Of a DNA stretch of 48,617 bases, positions 33,418-41,737 are shown one piece after another. Origin of the DNA: a virus. Taxonomy: Duplodnaviria; Caudoviricetes. The translations under genes and the position numbers were made by a program. The stretch's first letter is position 1. Each line of letters begins with the position of its first letter. The stretch is from the IMG/VR virus record IMGVR_UViG_3300048902_000105, positions 1 through 48,617 of that record; one strand, given 5' to 3'. Below the pieces are notes generated by a model. That model was not told where the DNA came from, made no database searches, and saw only the letters and a list, made by a program, of their open reading frames with translations.

Positions 33418-35894
33418 GGCGTGGGCATCCCCTGGGATGAGGGTTTCATGCGCGGCATACCGCCGCCGGTCCCGGGACGATTACCGTTACGACCGAACAC
33501 CTGCATGGGCGGGACACGCGGTCCCAGCGGTCCCTGGGTCCCGGGACCACCCACGTTGTTGGTCAGGCCCTGGGCTCCCTGCGCGGCGGGATCTTCATCG
33601 GGAGCGCCCGGCCTGGGCGGTCCCTTGCCGGCGCCCTCGGGCGCGGGACCGCCGGGACCACCGGGCGGTCCTGGCGGCTGCGCCATGATCTGGTTCAGCG
33701 CCTCGATGCTGGGCACGCCCTCCGCGAAGGCATCGGTCAGGTCGATATCCGCGCCCATGCGCTGGATAAGCTGCCGCGCCATCCACTCGGGCGAGATGCC
33801 CGGGATGCGTTGAAGGATGGGCAGAAGCTGGGTCATGTTCTGAACCTCTTGCTGCTTGTCGGGTCCGTCTTCGGCGGTGGCCTCGACCTCCAGGTAGACG
33901 TTCTTGGCCACGGTCTCGCGGTCAATCTCGGGCCACACGGCGCCGGGACCGACGATTTCCTGGACGATCTGGGCCGACACGTTGAGCAAGAGCAGTTCAC
34001 CCCCGGCACGGGCCAGATCGGTGAGCAGGTCGTTCATGTCGTCCAGGATCGAACTGGTGTCGGTGTGCTGGGCGAACTGGGCGACGCTGACCTCGGTCGC
34101 CGTCGCGCCGGTCGTGGTCCCCTGATCGGCCTGATCGGAGCCCAACACACGCAGCAGGTCCTCGTAAGTGGGCGCCGTGTCGTAGACCGCCGGGTCGATG
34201 GGCGGGTTTTTGACCACCTGAAGCACGTCGTCGATCTTCTGCCCCGGCGCCAGCGCGTTGAGTTCCAGGACAGCGTTGGCCGGGTGTGTCTTGAGTTTGT
34301 CCTTGTCGACTTCCTCCAGCACCCCCGCCGCGACCACGGTCTTGGGCCGGTTGGCGCGGCGGTGTTCGCGCAGTCCCTGCCGCGCGCGGTTCAGTTCCAG
34401 TTGCATGTCCCGCAAAAGGTCGATGTCGGATTGCGGGAACAGCACGGTCTCGTCGTAACCTTCGTTCAGGACAAAGGCGAACCACGGGTAAAACCGCTGG
34501 ATTTCGGCGTCGGGCGGTGCCGGCTCCTGGAGAAAGTCCGCGTAACCGTCGCACACCACGTAAACGAGGCCATCCTTGCGGTGATAGATTTCCCAGACAC
34601 AAGCGTTACCGCCGGGCGTGTCCTGGTCCTTGCCCCCCGCGTCATAGTGCCTGGGCGGCAGCGTGTCGGAACTGTTGCCGTCCTGATCGTAGGCGCTGTA
34701 ACCCTGTCCCACGTCGATCCCGTAGACTTCCTGGATCTCGTCCGGCGTCAGGATATACTCCTGCGCCACCCAGTCCGATCCCAGGAACCCCCTGAGCGTG
34801 CGGCACTTCTTGTCCGGGATGATCGCCGTGCTGTCCGGGTAGTCGAAGGCCAGACCCTCGCGGACGATAAGCTGACCCTCCTGGGTGAGACCCTGGATCG
34901 CCAGCTTCAGGGCCTCGGCGTCGGCGCTGTCATGTTCGATTTCGCCGTCCGCGAGGTCCTGGGACAGGCGCTCGATGTTGGCGAGGCGTTCGGACATGTC
35001 GGCTATGCGGGCCTCGATGCCGGGCCGCATCTTCATGGCGCGCTGAAAGCCCAGCTTCACATAGCCCACGCAGGTAACAATCGACCGCCGAACGGTCATC
35101 TTCATCATCGTCTTGAAGCTGTGGACCTGTTCCTCGACGTTGTAGTTGTAGAGTATTTCCAGCGTCTTGGCCAAACGGTCCATCAACTGGTCATATTGCT
35201 TGACCTGCGCGGCGTCCTGAAGCACCGCCTGGATGTTGGGCGGCGGCGGCATCCCGGTCTGGGCGGCGACCTGCATGGCCTGTTCCGCCTGTTGCAGCGC
35301 CTGTTCGGAGCCGTCCCAGGTCTGCGCCATGATCTTGGGCCGGCGCTTCGCCTTGATCGTCGGGTTGGACGGATAGAGTTCCGCCGTGCGCTGAAGGACG
35401 TGCCTGAGCGCGATGTTCGCGACATAGCGTTCGTCCCGCTCGCTGTCCCGGCGGCGTCGGCGGCGACGCCGTGTCTCGGTCTCCCACTGATCGCCGTTGA
35501 CGAAGTTCATGTTCGCCCGCATCCGGTCGAAACTGGGCTTCCAGTGCGTGCGGGCCTCGCGAACCCGGGTCTGCCAGCGTTTGACCAGCGCGCGGCGGGC
35601 GTCGGGCGGGTCCGGCGGGTCGCGGGAGATGAGTTTCGCGTTCGGGTTGGTGTCCTGGATCGGCGGCGTCATCAAGGACGGGTCGCCCTGGAACGTCCCA
35701 GGACCGGGCATGTCCATCCCGCCCGGGGGTGGCGGCGGGGGACCGCCCATCATGCCGCCCATCATGCCGCCGGGGGCCGGCGGCGGCGGTCCCATCGCCC
35801 CGGGCATGGGCATCGCCGGTCCCATGCCCGGGGCCGGGGCGGGTGGCATACCAGGAGGACGGCCTGGGTTAGGGGGGAAACCGCTCCCGGACAT
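33414..35894 (-). CDS. Portal protein with Pro/Gly/Met-rich terminal extensions
   Basis: Directly after terL; helical core of about 650 aa. Confidence 0.8.
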   Translation of the reverse strand: MSGSGFPPNPGRPPGMPPAPAPGMGPAMPMPGAMGPPPPAPGGMMGGMMGGPPPPPPGGMDMPGPGTFQGDPSLMTPPIQDTNPNAKLISRDPPDPPDARRALVKRWQTRVREARTHWKPSFDRMRANMNFVNGDQWETETRRRRRRRRDSERDERYVANIALRHVLQRTAELYPSNPTIKAKRRPKIMAQTWDGSEQALQQAEQAMQVAAQTGMPPPPNIQAVLQDAAQVKQYDQLMDRLAKTLEILYNYNVEEQVHSFKTMMKMTVRRSIVTCVGYVKLGFQRAMKMRPGIEARIADMSERLANIERLSQDLADGEIEHDSADAEALKLAIQGLTQEGQLIVREGLAFDYPDSTAIIPDKKCRTLRGFLGSDWVAQEYILTPDEIQEVYGIDVGQGYSAYDQDGNSSDTLPPRHYDAGGKDQDTPGGNACVWEIYHRKDGLVYVVCDGYADFLQEPAPPDAEIQRFYPWFAFVLNEGYDETVLFPQSDIDLLRDMQLELNRARQGLREHRRANRPKTVVAAGVLEEVDKDKLKTHPANAVLELNALAPGQKIDDVLQVVKNPPIDPAVYDTAPTYEDLLRVLGSDQADQGTTTGATATEVSVAQFAQHTDTSSILDDMNDLLTDLARAGGELLLLNVSAQIVQEIVGPGAVWPEIDRETVAKNVYLEVEATAEDGPDKQQEVQNMTQLLPILQRIPGISPEWMARQLIQRMGADIDLTDAFAEGVPSIEALNQIMAQPPGPPGGPGGPAPEGAGKGPPRPGAPDEDPAAQGAQGLTNNVGGPGTQGPLGPRVPPMQVFGRNGNRPGTGGGMPRMKPSSQGMPTP

Positions 35895-35897
35895 CGC

Positions 35898-37466
35898 TCA
35901 CCAACCTCCCGCGCCGAAGCCCTGACGCACGGACCGCTCGGCCATGTCGCGTTCGTTCTTCAGCCAGCCGAACGTGCCCTCGGCGTTCTCATCCTTGCGC
36001 TCGCGGGACCGGCCCGCGCCGATCTGCAAGGTGAGACCCAGGCCCACGTAGGACAGGGTGTCCACGAAATCGTCGTGCGCGTCGTAGGGGAACTTCAGCA
36101 TCTGGTCCCGCGCGGCGGGCCACCAGGGAGCGCGCTCGGGGAACCGCACCTTGCCCATGCTCATGCGGCCCTGGATGCTTTGCGCCCGGGTCTGCTTGTC
36201 CGCGATGGGCTGCATCTCGATGATCGAGCAGAACGTCTTGGTCTCCAGCATCCGCTTGCGCAGGAAGGGGCCGATTGACTTGGAAATCATGGACCGTTCC
36301 GCCCACCAAAAGACGGGCTTGTGCGCGCGCATCATGCGCAGCATGGCCTCAACAGCTTGTTCAGCGGTCATCTGCCGCCACAAGAGGTCCGCCAAGATCC
36401 AAATGTTGTCGTCTTCGTCGACGCCCACGCACATGAGACAGGTCTTATCGCTGTCCTGCTTCATGCTGACGGCGTGGTCGGAGGCCGCGTAGACCCTCAG
36501 ATTGGTGGGCAGTTCCGCCGGCCTGTAGGTCTGTATCCACTTCGACGAAAAGAACGTGCCCCCCGCCGGGCTGGGCCTGCCCTGGTAAAGCGCGCTGAAG
36601 CCGCGCGCGTCGCGGCGCTGCAAACCCAGGAGGAAGTTCCGGCCAAACCGGTTCGGCCACAGCGGGTCGCCCTCGGCGCGCTTCAGTGGGTCCTTCTGGG
36701 CATCCACGGCGAGCGCGGGCATGTCGATGATATGCCACTCGGCGGCTTCCTCGGGATCGTAATAACTGTTCGTCGGGTCGGTGAGCCGGCCCACCAGATC
36801 GTCCTGGTGCCACCTTGTCTGGATCAACAAGATCCGGCCCGTCTCGTCCATGAGGCGGGACGCGATGACCTGGGTGAACCACGTCCAGAGCGTGTCCCGG
36901 ATGGTCGGACTGTCCGCTTCGTGGCGGTCCTTGAGCGGGTCGTCGATGATAAGCACGTCGCCGCCGCGTCCCGTGGTGGTCCCGCCACGTCCCACGAACG
37001 CCATGATGCCGCCCTGGCGTGTCTGGAGCCGGTCACTGGCGAGGCTGTCCTGTTTCAGGACCACATCCGGGAACACCTGGGCGAACGCGGGGGTCAGCAT
37101 CGTGTCCCGGACCGCGCGGCCAATGTCCTGGCCGAACTTCTCGTTGTAAGTGCCAAAAATGAGGCTCTTGGCCGGGTTCCGGCCCACGAACCACGCCGGG
37201 AACTTCTTGGACGCGAGTTCGGTCTTCCCGTGCCTCGGGGGCAGACTGATGATGAGGCGCCGGATCTTGCCCTTTTCCAGTTCCTCCAGTCCCACGCACA
37301 TGATCTTGTGGAACCGCTGGGCGTCGTAGCGGGAGAAATCCGGGTCGGCGGTGAACCCCGGGACCGGCATCATCAGCCGGGTGAAGGCCAGCAGATCGTC
37401 GCGCGCGTCCTTCACGGCGATCAGCCGCTTCAGCACCAGTTCATAGCGGGCCTCGTCCGGGCTCAG
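35898..37466 (-). CDS. terL: Terminase large subunit
   Basis: Walker A PPRHGKT, Walker B LIIDD, TRWHQDDL, nuclease HDDFVD; start either CTG 37466 or GTG 37436. Confidence 0.92.
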   Translation of the reverse strand: MSPDEARYELVLKRLIAVKDARDDLLAFTRLMMPVPGFTADPDFSRYDAQRFHKIMCVGLEELEKGKIRRLIISLPPRHGKTELASKKFPAWFVGRNPAKSLIFGTYNEKFGQDIGRAVRDTMLTPAFAQVFPDVVLKQDSLASDRLQTRQGGIMAFVGRGGTTTGRGGDVLIIDDPLKDRHEADSPTIRDTLWTWFTQVIASRLMDETGRILLIQTRWHQDDLVGRLTDPTNSYYDPEEAAEWHIIDMPALAVDAQKDPLKRAEGDPLWPNRFGRNFLLGLQRRDARGFSALYQGRPSPAGGTFFSSKWIQTYRPAELPTNLRVYAASDHAVSMKQDSDKTCLMCVGVDEDDNIWILADLLWRQMTAEQAVEAMLRMMRAHKPVFWWAERSMISKSIGPFLRKRMLETKTFCSIIEMQPIADKQTRAQSIQGRMSMGKVRFPERAPWWPAARDQMLKFPYDAHDDFVDTLSYVGLGLTLQIGAGRSRERKDENAEGTFGWLKNERDMAERSVRQGFGAGGW

Positions 37467-37837
37467 GTCAGCGTGACCGTGTTGGACGTGACGACCGGCG
37501 CGACACTCACCGTCGCCGTGGCCGTCGCGGTCCCCGCCGCCAGCGTGCCCCCGGCGAAGGGCGCGGTGGTCCAGGCGCCCGACACCGGGTCGGTCTTCAC
37601 GCGCTGCGCGGCCTTTTCAGCCCCGCCCTGCATCAACCGCACGTGCACCTGGAACGGTTTAGGCGTCGCCGGGTCGACCACGGCGGTCCCGGACACGGTC
37701 AGCGGGTTCGCCGCCGGCTGGTTGGCGATGGCGCCGATGCTCAGCGTCACGGCGGTCCCGCTGGCGTAATAGTCCCGCGCGGCCTGCTTCAGGACACGCA
37801 GTTTGGCGAACGGATGCGGCGGGGGCGCGAGAGCCAT
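37463..37837 (-). CDS. Small beta-rich putative virion protein (124 aa)
   Basis: Thr/Ala/Val-rich, Ig-like character; coupled to neighbours. Confidence 0.6.
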   Translation of the reverse strand: MALAPPPHPFAKLRVLKQAARDYYASGTAVTLSIGAIANQPAANPLTVSGTAVVDPATPKPFQVHVRLMQGGAEKAAQRVKTDPVSGAWTTAPFAGGTLAAGTATATATVSVAPVVTSNTVTLT

Positions 37838-38397
37838 CAGAACGGGTCCTCGCTGTTCGCCGTGGCTCGCACCGTGTTGGACACGGGCGCAACGGTAGAG
37901 CCGACAGCGTTACTGGCGGTGACGACGCACGCGAAGTCCACGCCGATATCGGCCTCGGTGACGGGGTGAACCGCCGTGCCGTCGCCCACTTCGACGCCGT
38001 CGCGCAGCCACTGGTAGGCGTAGGTGTCCGGCTCGCCCTGCCAGTTGCCCATGGTGCAGTTCAACACGGCGGCGTCCTGGGACACGACCGGCACGTCCAC
38101 GTTGACCGGGGGTGCGGACGAAGCGTCGGGCGTGGTCGACGGCTTCAGTTCCTCGGGCCGCAACACACTGTCCTCGGGATCGCGCGGATCGGGCGGTTTG
38201 ACGAACGCGTCCTGGTAATCCTCGGGGTTCCGCGCGGCACCGCCCTCCACCGGATCACGCGGATCTGGGGGCGCCACGAACGCATCCAGGTAAGCCCGGG
38301 CCTCAGGGTCCATGTTCGGGTCGGGCGGGACCGGCGGCGGCGCGTCGGCGTGCCCGTAAGGCGGCTCATAGGGCGGATTGACCACGTCAGACATCAT
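37837..38397 (-). CDS. Putative virion protein with C-terminal Ig-like domain (186 aa)
   Basis: PVN..VP...G.W...P..YAYQW.RDG...C.VTA.N..G; duplicated DAFV.PPDPRDP; AAGGAG SD. Confidence 0.7.
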   Translation of the reverse strand: MMSDVVNPPYEPPYGHADAPPPVPPDPNMDPEARAYLDAFVAPPDPRDPVEGGAARNPEDYQDAFVKPPDPRDPEDSVLRPEELKPSTTPDASSAPPVNVDVPVVSQDAAVLNCTMGNWQGEPDTYAYQWLRDGVEVGDGTAVHPVTEADIGVDFACVVTASNAVGSTVAPVSNTVRATANSEDPF

Positions 38398-38465
38398 CAG
38401 GCTCTCCTTTCATCGCACGCGCGGACCCGTGGGCGGCTTCTCGGCGGGCTCGGACCGGGCATCGC

Positions 38466-40106
38466 TCACGGCGCGAACACTGGCGCGGGCGCGGTTCCGG
38501 CCGGGCCATAAACACCAGGGATAAGTGTCCGTTGCGCCTGGATCGACCAGTGCCGCCCGTCGCTCGTGTAACTAAGCGCCTTCCACAGCCCATCACCGTT
38601 GCCGGCGCAGCTTCCCGGCGCGTTTTCCAGCACCGTGTTGACATCGACGATAGCGCCAATCGTCACGCCGACCTGGGTGCAGATCCAGGCGTTAAGCTGG
38701 TTGCGCACGACCAGCCAGCCCGCGCTGATCGGTGTATTGACCACATTCGATGTCGTGTAGGGCGTGATCGTTTGTTGCGTGATGCCATTGATCCCGTTCG
38801 GCAGGATCGCCGCGAGTTGCGACCATGTCGAAAGCAGATTGGCCTGGATCGTCGCGAGCGGGTCCTGGTGCGTGACATCGTTCGATCCGTAATTGACATA
38901 AACCTTGTCGCACCGCCCGGTCAGCACTTTCATCCGCCTGAAGTTGTTGACGGCGAACTGCGCCGCCGTCTCGCCACCCTGGCCGACGCGAATGATCCCG
39001 AGACTATTGCTCATATATTCGGGATACGCCTTGTCGATCGGCGCGTTTCCGATGGCGCTCACAATGCTGTCGCCCACCACGCAAAGCGTGTGCTGCGTCG
39101 GTGCGCCGGCGTCCACCTGACCGAGGATGGCGACCGGCGCCAGCGTCGGCAGGTATTGCGGCACATAGCTGACGAACAACGGCTGAATAAACCCGGCCGG
39201 CAGCGTCACGTTGGTATCGTCGGGCGCGGGCGTTCCGGCGCGTCCAAATCCCGAGACCACGAAAGTCGCGCCGTTACCAGGCGCGGCGGCGGCGGTGACT
39301 GAAAACGCGCCCGTGGCGTAGTCCACCGTGCCAGTGCCGTTGCCAACCCATCCCCCGGTCCCGTCATCATCGAGAGCGAGCGTCCCCGCCGTCATATGCA
39401 GCGTGCGAGGAACCAGAGGTAAAACGACGTTCAGGCTGCTGTTCAGCGCCATGCCCGCCTGCGAAATCGTGCCGGTGAACGTCGTCGTCGCGCCGTCTCC
39501 GACCGCCCCGTTCACGATAGCCGAAAACACGCCATTATTGGCGTATTCCGTGTTCTGGCCGCTCAGGCCCTGCCAGGAGGCATAAGCCCGACCGGGCGGT
39601 GCGTAAGTCCGAATATAAAAACCTTGCCCCGGCTTTAACTCGGTGGGTAACATTTTTGAACAGATCACGCCGCCATCAATCGCCGGGGACGCCATCGCCA
39701 ACTGGCCGTCAAAAATAAACTGGCGGATTTTCGCGATCTGACCGAGCGGGTAAGGCGCGGTGCCGCCGCTCGATGTTTCGAGGGTCGCGGTAAGGCCGTC
39801 CATCGGGCCAAGGCCGTCCGCCTCGGTGGTCGAGGGATCGGACGAGATGTTCTGATAACACACTGAAATGGCGTAAATCGTGCCTGTGGCGGACGCCTCG
39901 AAATACTGTCGATATGTTCCGCCGATGGCCACGTTCGGCGCGATCGGATTGTGCGGATATCCGCTGCGCAGGGCAACGGATTTTGTCGCCTGGACTTCAT
40001 GTGGCGGCGGCACCGGAAATACCGCGCCGCCGTAGGATGCCACGCGCGCCTCCGTGGCCGGCGTGGCGAGCAGAGCGATCAGCGCGGCGAGCGCGGCGCG
40101 CATCAT
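38466..40106 (-). CDS. SGNH/GDSL hydrolase-domain protein with signal-peptide-like N-terminus (546 aa)
   Basis: GDSI, GxxG, GSND, DGRH blocks; start MMRAALAALIALLATPATEA coupled to the upstream stop. Confidence 0.8.
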   Translation of the reverse strand: MMRAALAALIALLATPATEARVASYGGAVFPVPPPHEVQATKSVALRSGYPHNPIAPNVAIGGTYRQYFEASATGTIYAISVCYQNISSDPSTTEADGLGPMDGLTATLETSSGGTAPYPLGQIAKIRQFIFDGQLAMASPAIDGGVICSKMLPTELKPGQGFYIRTYAPPGRAYASWQGLSGQNTEYANNGVFSAIVNGAVGDGATTTFTGTISQAGMALNSSLNVVLPLVPRTLHMTAGTLALDDDGTGGWVGNGTGTVDYATGAFSVTAAAAPGNGATFVVSGFGRAGTPAPDDTNVTLPAGFIQPLFVSYVPQYLPTLAPVAILGQVDAGAPTQHTLCVVGDSIVSAIGNAPIDKAYPEYMSNSLGIIRVGQGGETAAQFAVNNFRRMKVLTGRCDKVYVNYGSNDVTHQDPLATIQANLLSTWSQLAAILPNGINGITQQTITPYTTSNVVNTPISAGWLVVRNQLNAWICTQVGVTIGAIVDVNTVLENAPGSCAGNGDGLWKALSYTSDGRHWSIQAQRTLIPGVYGPAGTAPAPVFAP

Positions 40107-40906
40107 CAGAACACGAACTTCACGAAGCCGCCGCCGCCCGACCCGCCGGGGAAGTTTGGACCACCCCCGCCGCCGCCGCCACAGAAGCCTCGCGTGGGCG
40201 CCGCGCCCGCCGATGGGGTCGTGCCACCCCCACCCGTGCCGCCATCTCCGATCGGACTGTGCCCACCGCCGCCGCCCGCCGCGTTGCCAGCCCCCTGCTG
40301 TCCGATCCACGGCCCCGGCCCGCCACCACCGGCGCCGGAACCCGCTGTCGAACCACCGCCGCCGCCGCCAGAGCCGCCGATGTAGTAGAGGGATGACATG
40401 GTGGCGGTCACACCCTGGACGCCGGCGTTACCGCCGTTACCTTGCCCCGAGAAGCCCCCGTTGCCGCCCTTACCACCCACCCCAGCGGCGCCCGGCGAAC
40501 CGCCGGTGCCGCCCGCGATCACGGGGATGACATCAAGCGTGCCGGAAATGGTGACATTACCCCCCGACCCGGCGTCGGCGTTGCCAACCGTGCCGCCGCC
40601 GCCAGGGGTGCCAATCACGATTGTAATGGTCGATCCGGTCGTGACCGCGACCGGGAAACCGTTCCACATCGACCCCGAGCCGCCGCCGCCGCCACCAGAA
40701 CCTGACGTGGCCTGACCCGACCCGCCGCCGCCGCCCGCCGCGCAGGCGTGGAGGAAAATGTTCGTCACGCCGGGCGAGACGACCCACGTATAAGTCCCTG
40801 CCCCGGTAAACTCGACGCTCCCGGCGCGCGACGGCGCATAAGAAATGTCCGCCCATGCCGGTGCCGCGAAGCACAACGAGGACGCCAGCAGCAACCACCG
40901 CTTCAT
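40106..40906 (-). CDS. Glycine-rich domain protein with signal peptide (266 aa)
   Basis: MKRWLLLASSLCFAAPAWA; FT..GTYTW...GVT...GGGGG pattern; ATGA overlap. Confidence 0.8.
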   Translation of the reverse strand: MKRWLLLASSLCFAAPAWADISYAPSRAGSVEFTGAGTYTWVVSPGVTNIFLHACAAGGGGGSGQATSGSGGGGGGSGSMWNGFPVAVTTGSTITIVIGTPGGGGTVGNADAGSGGNVTISGTLDVIPVIAGGTGGSPGAAGVGGKGGNGGFSGQGNGGNAGVQGVTATMSSLYYIGGSGGGGGGSTAGSGAGGGGPGPWIGQQGAGNAAGGGGGHSPIGDGGTGGGGTTPSAGAAPTRGFCGGGGGGGPNFPGGSGGGGFVKFVF

Positions 40907-41268
40907 CGTGTGTATTCCACGGCACTGAAGGCGACACCGGTCACGGGGCTGAAAATATTGATCGCGACGGTTGGCGGCGCCGTCGGGCAGATAAACTCGG
41001 AACCAGCCGAGATCAGAAAGGAACCGCTCCCCGCCGAAGCAGCGGCGCCAATATTGAGCCATACATCACCGCCCAGCATCTGAACTTCGCAGCCAACCCG
41101 ATGGCTGTTGGCGGCGAACAGTGTCTGCGATTGACCGCCGAGCGTTATGGTCCCGCTTCGGTTGGTCGCCGTGGCGACGCCGGAGCCGGACGGCGGCGCG
41201 ACGGGCTGGCCCGTCGCCGGGAGCGACGCGAAGGCGACCAGCGACAGAGCAAGAAACGACGTTCGCAT
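40903..41268 (-). CDS. Small beta-sandwich protein with signal peptide (121 aa)
   Basis: MRTSFLALSLVAFASLPATG; GGAGG SD. Confidence 0.75.
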   Translation of the reverse strand: MRTSFLALSLVAFASLPATGQPVAPPSGSGVATATNRSGTITLGGQSQTLFAANSHRVGCEVQMLGGDVWLNIGAAASAGSGSFLISAGSEFICPTAPPTVAINIFSPVTGVAFSAVEYTR

Positions 41269-41269
41269 G

Positions 41270-41737
41270 TCAGCCTCCAGAAATCAGAACGGTTTGCGGT
41301 GCCCCGCCGTCAGTAACGGCGGTGATGGCGCCGGCCGGGACGGGAAAACCGGGGGCGCCGAACGAGCGCGAACCACCGTATCCCGAAATAAGGACCCCGG
41401 TGTTGGGCGCCGCCGTCGACCCGTCGAGGCGCAGCCAGATGTTGCCGGGATCGCCCGGCAAGGTCTGGATCGTCAGCGCGGTCGTGTAGGTTCCGGCGGC
41501 GATAAGCTGCGCCGACGAGGTGCCCACGGTCAGATTGTGAGGCCCCTTATATACGAGCGGTGACACAGTCCCTCCCCCTCCCCCTGCCTGGATGTTCCCC
41601 GTGTCCAGGACAAGCACTTTACCTGAGGGGTCCTGCGTCCCAGGCACGCCGGCCCATATCTTCCCCGGCGGGACCGACGTGTCCCAGTAGAACTGTTGCG
41701 GCAACAGGGATTTGTCGGGCGGGGCGACACCGCTCAT
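41270..41737 (-). CDS. Tail-associated hypothetical protein (155 aa)
   Basis: Coupled to the tail-fibre stop; C-terminal domain resembles the 121-aa protein. Confidence 0.7.
   Translation of the reverse strand: MSGVAPPDKSLLPQQFYWDTSVPPGKIWAGVPGTQDPSGKVLVLDTGNIQAGGGGGTVSPLVYKGPHNLTVGTSSAQLIAAGTYTTALTIQTLPGDPGNIWLRLDGSTAAPNTGVLISGYGGSRSFGAPGFPVPAGAITAVTDGGAPQTVLISGG

Noticed and set aside
33810-36278. Long antisense ORFs (822 aa here; also 1140-2606, 9411-11045, 16666-18510, 42112-44031)
   Set aside because: Shadows of real genes in high-GC DNA, with no motifs or ribosome-binding sites
38387-38659. 90-aa ORF between the SGNH and Ig-like genes
   Set aside because: Mostly overlaps the SGNH gene out of frame; no SD or recognisable features
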